64,000 nucleotides of DNA. Origin: Magallana gigas. Its lineage: Eukaryota. The translations under genes were made by a program, and so were the position numbers. The stretch is from the NCBI RefSeq assembly GCF_963853765.1, contig NC_088854.1, positions 27,528,001-27,592,000 on the forward strand, written 5' to 3'. The notes beneath the pieces were generated by a model. It ran no database searches. It was not told the origin of the DNA and saw only the letters and a list, made by a program, of their open reading frames with translations. Every line of letters starts with the position of its first letter. The stretch's first letter is position 1. This document shows positions 37,101 through 49,100 of the stretch, in pieces.

Positions 37101-40100
37101 CTTTAATAATAAGGATGACTGATACCTGAAATATATATATACACAGTACATTAGTAAATGATTAGTTATCTCCTCCCCCGGGGACAAGTTTTTTTTGTAT
37201 ACAAAAAAAAAACTTAAACAAATAAAGTCAAGTCTATTAGAAAATAAATCTTCAGGAATGTTCTGTTAAAGTCTTCCGGACGCGAACAAGATTAAACGTA
37301 TGATGTCCTTTCACAATTTTAAACGCAAAGTCTCTAGATTCACTTATCAATGTCTATGCATAATTCATTAATCAGTTCCTGATTCATCAATGTTATGTTC
37401 TGTTGTGTTGCGGCGGGGCGGTCTTCGTGGTGTCAATAGTTCCTTTTCTCCAGCTTTATTGTGTGGCTGAAGACGGGATAGAGCACGTGGTATCCTAGAC
37501 TTAGAAGGTACATCTGGTTCAGGGGTGTGGTGGAATGACTGGTCCAAATCTATTTGTGTAGGCTGTTGAATTGTCTGAGTCTGAGTCGCCTGTTTTTGAG
37601 TGGGGACTATAATAGGTGTCTCATTCAATGCAGCTGGTTGACTTAAGATTCTTGTTGGTGATAAAGACACTGGAATCTTGGGCACTTGTGGCTGTGTCGT
37701 CTTGGATGTAGTTGGAGAGCTCAAGATCACTTCTTGATGTTGAACTGCAGTTGGTGCCATCAAAGTACCTTGTGTTTGGTTGGTTTGAAAAGGAGTGAAC
37801 TTTCGTAAGTGTTGGCGGTTGCGGATAGTTACTCGGCCTGTGCCATCTACACGTATAACATACTGGTGGTATTGGCGTACTTCAACAACTGTTCCTGTAC
37901 GTTCCCATCTCCTGGGATGGTTGCCTACCAAGTTTTGAATGTATACATGATCTCCAACCTGTAGTGTTGGCAGGTGATGAGTGTGTTCATTCCACCGTTC
38001 ATGTTCCCTTGAATGACGTTTGGCAAGAGCCATCTCTCGATGAGACATTAACTCAGTCCATGTTTCATGTGGAGAATATCTACCCATCAGTATGGGAATG
38101 GCATCACGAATGGGTCGTCCAAACAGAATCAATGCTGGTGATGCTTTTGTCTCTGGGTCAATCGAATTTCTGTACATCAGTAAAGCTCTCTGGAATTTGT
38201 CAACATCCAGAGATCCAACAGCAGAAATGTTGTCCACCAGCATGCGTTTTACTGTCTTTACCGCAATCTCAGCCCTGCAGTTAGCGTGTGGGTTTGCAAC
38301 TGATGAAAGTCTATGACGAACTCCCCAGGCTTTTAAAAACTCTTGAGTCTTCCCTGCTGTGAACTGTGGACCTCCATCAGACGTCAACTCCTCTGGGATG
38401 CCAAATGTCACGAAAGTCTCACGAAGTCTCTTGACAAGTCCTTCTGCACCTGATTCAGACTTGTATACCATTGGCCAGTTTGAATACCTGTCAACAATAA
38501 CTACATAGTCATTACTGTTATATGTGAAGTAGTCACTGCAAATCATCTGGAATGGATAATCTGGAGGTGTTATGTCAGATGGTGGCTGCATAGGGTTTGA
38601 CTTGGCCATCTGATGGCAGTGAACACACTGGTCTCTCACCCTGGCAATATCTACTGTGATCTCAGGCCAATATACAGAGTCCATAGCCCTTGCACGCATA
38701 GCGCTGACTCCTTGGTGGGCTGCGTGTAAAGCATCGAGTACTGGTTTGCGAAGAGCTGGAGGTATAACAATTCGTTGGCCCATAAGAACTACACCATCCA
38801 CGGTGCATAAACTGGATGCAAAGCGGTGGTAAGGACGCAAGTCTGTTGGTAGCTCCTTGTAGTCTTCTGGGAACCCTGCTTCCATCTGCCTGATGAGATT
38901 TACAAATGTAGGGTCTGATGCAGTGGCCTCACGAACCATGCTCCAAGTAACAACTGTGATAACAGCATTCAAGGCACAAGTGGCAGCAGCAACTGTGGAG
39001 GTGTCATTAGCTGTATCATTATCCTCTGTATGTAGACATAGACTGGTAAGTGCATCATGATAATGAGCAGTCATGTTAACTAAGGAATCAAGTTCAGGTG
39101 CTTCACCAGGTAAGTTCAGACGATCTGGTGGTCCAACAGGATACCGTGACGCTGCATCTGGCCCAAGGTTCTTTCTGCCTGGTACATGAATAATCGTGAA
39201 CCTGTACCCTAAAGTTTTCTCTTTGAGGTTGAGGAGTCGTCTGTTGTCGATGTCCGTGAGCGATCGATCGTTCAGAATCTGGAGTAGTGGCTTGTGGTCA
39301 GTTGCAACAAGAAGGTCTTTGCAACCAAGAACATAGTAGCGTGTTTGGTGAAGTGCATACACAACAGCCAAGGCCTCACCTTCAATAGGAGCATATCTGC
39401 TTTCTGCTGGATGGGTGAATCTGCTGCCAACTAGACATAGTTTCCAACCGTCATTACAGCAGGTAGGGGTTTTACTTGAGCACTGACAGTACTTCTGCAT
39501 CAAAAAGAATCCAATTCCGTCAACAGACCAGTCGGTAGCTAGGCATGTCATACGAGCAGGGTCAAAAAGACGAACACCGTCCTTCATCTCCTGAATAATG
39601 ATCTCTTTAGATTTGTGAAATACTTCATCTAATTCATTTGTCCAGCAGAATGTTGTGGATGGTTTCAAAAGAGCACGAAAAGGTTTCATTTGTCTTGCCA
39701 TGGCAAATGCATATGCTCCTTGGTTTATAAGCCCAAACCAAGCTCTTGCACCAGTAATGTCAGTTGGTGTTGGGAAGTTGCTAATTGCATCTAGGAACTT
39801 AGTACTTGGTCGTATGTTTGTTAGAGTGATTGTAAGTCCTGCAAAATTGACAGTGTCTTGAGCAAATTGAAACTTCTTTGGGTTTAATGTAATGCCATTA
39901 CGAGCACACAGGTCGAGCCATTCACATGCCTGAAAAAATGCTGCTTCAATGGAGTTCGCCCACATACATGTGTCATCCACACATTTAACCTTGTCGTTGA
40001 AATTTGATATAATAGCATCAAATCGTTGATTGTAAGCGTCACCGCTGGCCATGAATCCCTGTGGAGCAACTTTGTACCTGTAGCGCCCCCATGGTGTGAT

Positions 40101-43100
40101 GAATGTTGTAAAGTGGCGATCTTCTTCACGAATAGGCACTGAGTGGTACCCATTCCAAGCGTCTGTCACTGTTTTTTTCATACCTTGAGGGACACGGTCA
40201 GCCAGATGAAAAGGACTTGGGACATGATGTGTTTGCCGAACAGAATGTCGATTTTGTGGTTGTAGGTCTACTGTCCGCCTTGGAGTGCCATCAGCCTTGC
40301 TGGTTACCACCATTCTTGAGCACCAAGTTGTAGGTGTGTTTTGACTTACTTGTTCCAGTACACCAATGCGAACATCCCTCTCAAGATCAGCATAAACTTT
40401 ATCCTGCCAATGGATAGGAACAAGTGCTGGTTTGTGGACTGCTACCGGTGTGGCATTAGGATCAACATGGAGTTGGAGAGGCTCACAATTCATAAGTGGT
40501 AGAGGTTGATGTTCACATACATTAAATGTTGTAGCACCATAGTAATCAAGAAGCCACTCTTTTAGTGACTCTACATGTTCCTCTGTGGCCTTCAGACCGG
40601 GTGGTAAAGATGTGGGAACAGGTGGTGGTGAAGGTCGACGTCTAGGACAAGAGCAGGTTGCATCTTCAGAGTTTTCCATAGATGCAGCAATGTTTGGAGA
40701 TGTGACTGTTGATACATTAGGAAAGTTAGTGTGAATAATTCCCAGAGATATGAGTGCTTCTCTGCAAATGAAAGCTTTTTCCATGGTATCAGAGACATAA
40801 CACAATAAACGTGTTGACATGGCACTGCTAGTAGCGTCTTTTGTTGTGATGCTTACTGCGACTGCTCCAATTACACCAAGGTCTTCCTTTATAGCTCCAC
40901 GCATTACAAGTTTGACTGGAAGGAGATCCTTTTCTGTTATTCCAAGATTGTTTGCAGATTGTAAAGGTATGATTGAACTCTGGCATCCTGTATCAGCCAC
41001 CATGGACATAGTGATTGTCTTTAGCTGAGAGGTGTCTTGAATGGGATGTCCAAACGATGCATGGTCCTTAGGTAGGGGTGTCATGTTCACCAGGAGCATT
41101 GGGTGTGGTTTTGAAGGTCTAGCCACCCAGTGTCCATCAAATATGTGATGTTCAAGACGTGATACTTGGTTTGTCTGTTCAGATGTAGTGCACAGCTGCT
41201 CATAGATATAACCAACTTGTTCTTGTTCTGGATCTTTGGTTGATTTCCCTTGATTGGGCGGGTTCCTGTGGCCCTTGCCTTGAGCGCAGATTCTAGAAGA
41301 TGCATCACGGTGGCCCCATACTCCACAGGTAGTGCACTTGCTGCATGATTTGGTGTAATGACCTTTGACTGTACATTTAGCACATGTGAATGTCCAAGCT
41401 TCACAGTATCTAGACCTGGCCTTGCGATCATTCCTCTGTCCGTGAGCAGGACCACCACAAGCCCAACATTTGGCTCCAGCTGCTTGCGGTCTTTTTTGAG
41501 TATTACATGTGGCACTCATGGCACTAGCTGAATCTCCTACTGCACTCCTTGTGACTTTACCCTGCTCTTTCTGAGCAATAAATGATACAGTCTCTTCTAG
41601 TGTTCTATCTGTCTTGGAGTCACCTAGCAGGTCAGACATAATTTCTGGGTCTGCAATACCTCTTACTAAATTGTCCTTGATTATCTCATCACTGTAGTCA
41701 AATATATGGTTGCAACCTAATTCTTTACACGTTGCTTTATACTGGCACAATGACGCTTGGCCTCTGAGACTGGCCAAAAAAGTTCTGATATTTGAACCAG
41801 GTGATTGAGTCATTCTGTTCAATTTTATGCGTTGGACCAGTGTGCTTTCTTCTTTGACGGCCAGCCTTTTGATTGCCTTTAAAAGATCTGTCTCTAGCAT
41901 ACTGGCAACATCACCTTGAAGGTCACGCATAATATCTGTACGCAGATAAGGGTCACAGCAGTAGAAAAGGGCTGTAGGCAAGACATTGTCTGTGATCGCC
42001 ATCCCTGTTTTGTACATCTTCCACTGTCTGGTGAATGCAGACCATTGATCTGGATCACATCCTGTGGCTATAGAAGGTGGGTCTAATTTTAACTTGTGCG
42101 TTGACGGTTGAGCCAGAGGTGGGTGGACGGTTCTGTCATGAATCTGTAGAGCAGTGGTTAGAGCAGCGGCAAATGCTTCATCCAGGTCCTGAGATTTCCA
42201 ATTACAGCCGTCTATAGGGCACTGTAGAACTGGCATTGTAAATTAACTGTGGTTAAGCTGTTAGTTGAGTATCAGTCATAAATGAGAGTCAACATCTTCC
42301 TAGGTTTATATCTTTAATAATAAGGATGACTGATACCTGAAATATATATATACACAGTACATTAGTAAATGATTAGTTAAATACATTAAAACCACGAAAT
42401 CTTGACAGCTTTCTTAGGAAATCTTGAGATATATTAGCAGATTATCCATTCTGGGTAGATGGCTATTTATCCTGAAAATAAACTAAACTAAACTTTATTT
42501 ATTTTACAACGATTGATAAACAAGTTCGACAACTTATATTAGTATCTCTCATTGGCCCGAATGTTAGCGTGAGGGGGTCATTGATGTGGGAGGAAGCCAG
42601 AGTGCTCGGAGAAAAGCCACGTGTCCAAGTGGGCAACCGCCATACCCTATCACATACAACCAATGTCGATCATGGGGATCGAACTCGGGTCGCAGCGGTG
42701 AGAAGCGAGTGCATTGTCCACCTCGCTACTAGGATACCCCTGAAAACAATAACATATGTAAAGATCATTAGGATTTTTATGCAGAAGCTTCTCGAACAGG
42801 CAAACACTGACACATATTTTTCTATTTTACAAATGTATGTAGGAGCATATTGAAAATGTTTGAACTGCGATTTGAAAAGGATTTATTGACCTGATTATGA
42901 GTAATTTTCTTTAAAACAGATATTTGAATCTCAAGATACAGGAAGGAGACGCCCACAACATCACGTGTCCTGCCTATCAGTGCGACAAACTCGCCCCTGT
43001 TGATCTGATTGAGGGCATCGTCTCGCGAGATATGGCTAGAAGATACCTCCAATTTGACATAAAGGTATTACAGATTTTTTTTTAAATCTAAATGGTACAC

Positions 43101-46100
43101 ATGGCTTTTTATCCCATTCTAGTCAAAGTTGATTTTGGAACTGAAAATTCTTTCAGTTCATCCAGTTTATACTTTGTTGAAATGTTTACCGGTAGTATTA
43201 ATTTGCATGAGAAAAGGAAGAGGGGGTTCCTCAAAAGGAGACTCAAGCCATGCATGTGCATGTACATGTACTTTCATGGGATATTTCAATTTACATTTAT
43301 TACAAAGATGATAGGTTCAGTGATGTTTGCTGGAAGTAAACTTTGATTATACAATGCAAGAAGATTTTACAGATGCACTTTATGGATTACCGGTAGAAAC
43401 TTTTGGTATCACTTCTTCTAAGAATATTTTTCACCTAAAACACATTGTATTTGCATGTACATGTACTGGGTTTATTTTTTATAGGTTAATAAAAGTCAAA
43501 ACATAATAGTCTTCATTTTCTCCTATTAAATCCACCTAGTTTATCATTTTTCATATTTTTTCATATTGTTTTTGCAGGCGTTTGTGGACAGTAACCCGAA
43601 CATCAAGTGGTGTCCATTTCCCGGGTGTGGGCGGGCAGTCAAACTTCCCGATCAAGACGACCGGAACAAGAAAATCCCTGTGGACACATCTCGAGCAGTG
43701 GACTGTGGAAATGGACACTATTACTGCTGGTAGCTGTTCAGTTTTTACATGAGCTAAGAATAAATTTTGGTTGATCAATTTTATGTTATTTTCCATTCCA
43801 TTAATGAATATTTTATCCACTAGCTGGTATGTCTCTCTAGTCTGAGTCATATGGATAGTTTTCATCGTAATAATTGTGATATGTATTTTAAAACAATACA
43901 GGTAGTTTGTTCAGTATATACATGTATTTGTATGGACAGTGTAAATGTTGTTTATTGATATCTTTCCTCTGTTGAATAAGTAGATAAGAGATTTTAACAC
44001 TTTATTTTACAGGGACTGTTTAGGGGAAGCTCATGAACCAAGCAGCTGTGATAACTGGACAAAATGGTTCCAGAGGATTGGAGAAATACGGCCAGAGGAA
44101 AGTATGAACTCTATTCTTTCTATGTAAAATTTGTCACAATTAACCAATACAATATGTGTAAATACATGCATATCCATTATTTACATGCAAATAGATCTAC
44201 ATGTAGAATTTTTTAATGACAGCTCTAAAGTTTTAATATCTGTTGTATCTAGTTATCAATCATTCTAAAAAGTTTTTAAATTCAAATTCCTCTGACTTTG
44301 CAAGACATGAACTTGATTGTTCTTTTGGAACATTTTTACTGTTTGCTATATATTATTTGGTTATGTGTGTTTTTATTATTTTCCCAGTCAGGGGGACAGA
44401 GGAGGACACAAATACTGCGGCCAACTGTCTGTGGCTTGTGACCAACTCAAAACCATGCCCCAACTGCAAGTCCCCCATCCAGAAAAATGAAGGCTGTAAC
44501 CACATGAAATGCTCAAAGGTGAAAAAAAAGGGAAAAAAAACCTGTTCTGTCTAAAGCATGGAATATTCTCTTTTTGTAACATTTAAATGTTTCCTTTTGT
44601 TTTATTATCTGTGTAGTGTTTGATGAAAAAATGGACTTACTTGGGGTTACTTAGGCGTTGGGAAATGTTAAAATTATATTACATATAAAACTATTTATAT
44701 ATTTTCTTACCTTAGTTGCTTTATCATTCTCGTGAAAAAAGAAATGTAAATTTATAATGTATAATAATATGGGTATTAATTAACATATTTAATTACATGT
44801 GTCTCTGTGTTCATTGTTATACAAGTATGATGTTGATAAGCGAGTGAAGATTGATCCACAAAAATTAGTAAGATTGTTCCACAAAAATTCATAAGTTTGG
44901 TACAAAAAATTAATAAGATTGATCCCAAAAATGAATAAGATTGATCCACAAAAATTAATAAGATTGATCCACAAAAATTAATCTGAATTACATGTACCAT
45001 TGTGATTTATTTTCAATTTCAGTGTAAATATGACTTTTGTTGGGTATGCCTGGATCAGTGGAAAAGACACAACACAAGCACTGGGGGCTACTTTAAATGT
45101 AATCGGTATGAAGCTGTCAAAGTCGTCCAAGAAGCCACTCAGAAAGCTCAAAGCCAGGTCAGTTACTGAGAAGGAACATTCAATGCTTAGATAAAGATAT
45201 TTCTAGCTTAAACAGTATGGTGAGTAAAACAGTCTAGTTTCTCTTTTAACTGCGTAGATTTTTTTCGCAACTGTTAATGATTCTGGTTCTTTACAGAATG
45301 ATGATTTAAAAGCTGAGAATATCTTTCAAGTTGATAATTTTTAAAAAGAAAATTTTGTACTGTACAATAACTTGTGGGCAAATGATGAAAGTAACGATAC
45401 TAGTTAATTAAATGTATTAATTTCATTAGACACTAAACAGATGCAAAAAGTATACCATCCTCATAGTGAGCATGGTATGGACACATTAAAATATCTTTAA
45501 TCCTTAATGCTTTTGAATTATTCTGATCAATTTTGAATTTTTATCATAGGCTGAGGAACAGAACCATAAAATGCAGGAGTTGAACAAGTTTGTACATTAC
45601 TACACACGTTTTAAAAACCACGAGAACAGCTATAAGGTAAGTGCCATACCTGCTCACACTATTTTTAATTGTTTCATCAGTTCATCCTAAATTCACATGT
45701 AGACTCACATTTATCATTATTGGGTTACTTCTGTAAATGAAGTAACGGGAATTTTAAAGGTTCATATAATTGAAGCTTTTTTTATATTAAAACACTATAA
45801 TGTTGAATGACTTTATTATATTTGTTAGCTGGAAGAACCATTGTTAAATACAACCAAGAACAAAATGATGAAATTAGCAGAGGCTGCAACAGATCTAGGT
45901 GAGGCTTTCATTGTGGTTTTTTTGCATATTAAATAATAATATTTTAGTTCACACATGAGTTTGATAAGATGTAATTTTTTTCCCTATTTATTTAGCCTCG
46001 GCCAACTCAGAGACTCAGTTTGTTGAGCATGCTGTCCAACAGCTTCTAAAGGCTCGCAAAGTCCTCAAATGTTCCTATGTGTACGGCTACTATCTAGATG

Positions 46101-49100
46101 GACCGGGCTACATGAAAATTGTGTTTGAGTTTATGCAGGTACAAAAAGAGATTTGTTAAAAAATTTTAGATATGATTAATGTAATTGCCAGTTTATGTTT
46201 GAATTTCTATTAACAAGTTTAATGGTTTATTTTAAAAATCAATTATCAGCTAAGGTCACATTCTTTTATTCATTTTGTTTATATAAAATTAAACAGTTTG
46301 ACTTATTCCAGTTTCTTAGTTATGTTTTTCATTTCTTAATTATCTTCCCTTCTTTAGACTGAACTTGAGGAGACAACAGAAATCTTGTCTCAAATGGTGA
46401 ACCGCTTGTACTTGCGAACGCCAAAGAAACGCATCATTGAGCAGGCTCAGTTGGTGCAGAGGAAGAGACACGAGTTTATACTGGCGATATCTAAAGGGCT
46501 GGTTCCCCCTGAAACTCCGCCAGGACTGCGTAAACATCGCAGGCGCAAGTACAGCATGGACACCGAAGATGTAGGTTTACACCAAAATAAATCGAATCAT
46601 TAAAAATTGCACTTAAAATATTTTTTTTTCCTAAATGAAAAATTAAGTAATTGATACGTGTACTTTGAGCTCTTAAATCCCAATGTGAAAATATTAGTAT
46701 ATTCAATGTTAATTATTTATTCCAAAAACAACTTAGTTGAGTAAATATCAATATTAGTGTGAATTTAGCACTTTATGATGAACTCAGATAAAAAGTGTTG
46801 TAAATCAATTTTGTACTTTGTACAGGAGCAGTTAAGGAAGGCGATTCTAGCATCAATACAAGAGGTTGATCCAGCAAAGCCATGGATCAAGGATGCCTCT
46901 GGTCGCCACACCAATGTTATGGCTGTCCTAGACTGGCCTAACAGTGATGACTCAGATACTGAGGAGCTCTACACAGTCACAGAAGGTCAGTAGCCCTGAA
47001 CAAAAACAAGTCTATTTTGTATCTAATACAGATAGTCTATTTATTACATTCTGAATTCTTTGGGTAATTTTATTTGCAGGGAGATGCAAGAAGATGTCCT
47101 GTAACAACCCACGTGCCAAGAACCCCCGAACGGGAGAGACTCACGACTACTGCAGTCGCCAGTGCATGTATGAAGACAAGCTTGAAAACCCTGAACATCC
47201 AGGTAGGTCTCTATACATGTAAATACAGGAGTACTTTTTCCTATGTTCAGGGTCTAACTTTTTATAATGCCTCATCTCCACATTACATGTATCTGGAATC
47301 AATATATCATTCAATATAAATTAGACTATGTGTATCATGAAATCATCAAAGTTTGCTTAGGGATCAAAATTTTTATTACTTTGTGTGTATCCACCATCTA
47401 TGAATTAACATAACATGATCATAATGATAGCAGATTGTTGATCTACAATACATCCCAAAACTTGTGTTCACAGATATTGAATTGATTCAGTAATGTATAT
47501 ACATGTGGTTAATATCAGTATCTGATTGATATTTGATCCTGTGGTTTTTGATTCCGACAGAGCCGGTGCAGGAGGTGATCATGGATGAACAGATGGACCT
47601 TCTCCGGGCCCTGGAAATGTCCAGACTACAGTATTTACATGACCAAGGAATCATCACCGGAGATAGGGGCTCCATTTCTATTCAGTGAGTTCTTTAAGAC
47701 ACTGATAGTTCTCTATCCCACAAGTCAAAAACTTTGACATGATCTCTTTAGATCTCAATCATGCTTTTACTACAAAAATACATGTATAAAGTGGAAAAGT
47801 GAGACTGGGATCAAAAGTGAGATTGTCCACGTTTTACGACCCAGGGGCCTACTGCCAGATTTTTATTTATAGTCTACCGAAAATTGTGGTATAAGAGGAT
47901 ATTTTTAATATTAAACCAGATGACAATATATCTTTCTGAAATTCAATTTTAATATTAAACCAGATGACAATATATCTTTCTGAAATTCAATTTTTCAGAG
48001 TGCCTCCAGAGGAAGCCATTGCAGCACCACCAGTGGGTGCAGATGACATTGTCAGACATAGGTCCCCGAAGTCACAGAGAAAGTCCCCCAAACAGAAATC
48101 CCCAGGCTCCAAAGGACGAGGGAAAGGAAAAGGAAAGAAGACCATTCAGGCTGCGCTGGAGGAGCTGGATGTAGAACTACAGAGAGTCCTGGAGATCTCC
48201 TCGATCAGTCCATCAGGTTAGCTGGCAACACAGATTGTATCCACCATGTTTGTTTATAAAATGTATTAGATGCCTCTACACATCTATCTGTAGGTGCATG
48301 TACATGTACAACAGTATTATTATATTACAAGTTTGATCATTTTCCAGTCTTAATCTGAGGACCTCCAAATGTCATTTGTGGTAGAATGCATTGTAAAATG
48401 ATTTTGAAATTATTTGGAAATGATGGAAGAATGTTGCTGCTTTTCAATTAACAGAGTTCCAGGAAACCATTAAGAGTGATCAGAGATCACAGGAGAGAGG
48501 AGCTGTCAAACAGCGGAGTCGATTCGATGACACGGGCGCCCTCTGTGTCCAAAGCGTGCCCAACAGGAGTGTAGAGGACCTGGACCATGACGACTGTATC
48601 AACTGCAACTTTTCCGGTTTGTTATCTAATGAAAAAAATTGTTTTATGTGTATGTTTTGAAATGATTTGTTACTACAGTTCCTGCTCATATATTGATCAA
48701 ATATTGTAATTTGCATGTTTTGAAGAAGTAATTTGTTTCTTCTCTGCTTATAAATCAGTCATATAGATGACAAATAATTCTTAATTTAAATTTGCGACTT
48801 TTCTCAATGCAGTTGAAAGTGAAAGGAGAAGTTCAAATGAGGACCAAACCCCCACCACCCCCCGCTCATCTCTCTGGCCCCTTCCCGATGCCTCAGGTGA
48901 CCACTTACCGGTGTTTAGTCCAAGTATACCCACATCACCTAGAAGAACCAACTCAAACTCTTGCTTTGGGATCATTAAAGATATCAGTGTCTCCAATCTC
49001 CACACAGGGGAATCCGATAAAATCAGAGACATGGAAGAGAAGAACTTGGCTCTTCTGGCTAGCACTAAAGTGCCTGAGGACACCGATCCCCTCGCCCATT

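Larger units (their letters stand above)
37068..42379 (-). mobile_element. Full-length Ty3/Gypsy LTR retrotransposon (5312 bp), Mag-group-like, in ANKIB1 intron 8
   Basis: Two identical 101-bp LTRs (37068-37168 and 42279-42379), TSD AATAC (37063-37067 and 42380-42384), PPT abutting the 3' LTR, single gag-pol ORF in PR-RT-RH-IN order. The clade is inferred from the 5-bp TSD, short LTRs and RT motifs. Confidence 0.97.

Noticed and set aside
37368-37900. Chromodomain or env-like ORF at the 3' end of the retrotransposon
   Set aside because: The integrase is followed by an SH3-like segment and a Pro/Thr/Gln-rich tail, and only ~200 nt separate the stop from the 3' LTR.
37964-41515. Short overlapping or antisense ORFs inside gag-pol (and inside SOCS7 and the last ANKIB1 exon)
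   Set aside because: They are shadow frames of real coding sequence with no independent signals.
42255-42278. Conventional tRNA primer-binding site for the LTR element
   Set aside because: There is no TGG within a few bases of the LTR end; the sequence instead matches the LTR itself.
42660-42740. tRNA gene
   Set aside because: A and B boxes are present, but they run into a SINE core rather than completing a cloverleaf. Weaker SINE-like heads near 27761-27836 and 28105-28150 were too degenerate to call.
44847-44982. CRISPR-like appearance of short direct repeats (also 2597-2885, 4275-4381, 57629-58341)
   Set aside because: These are head-to-tail repeats without unique spacers, there are no cas genes, and the context is eukaryotic and intronic.
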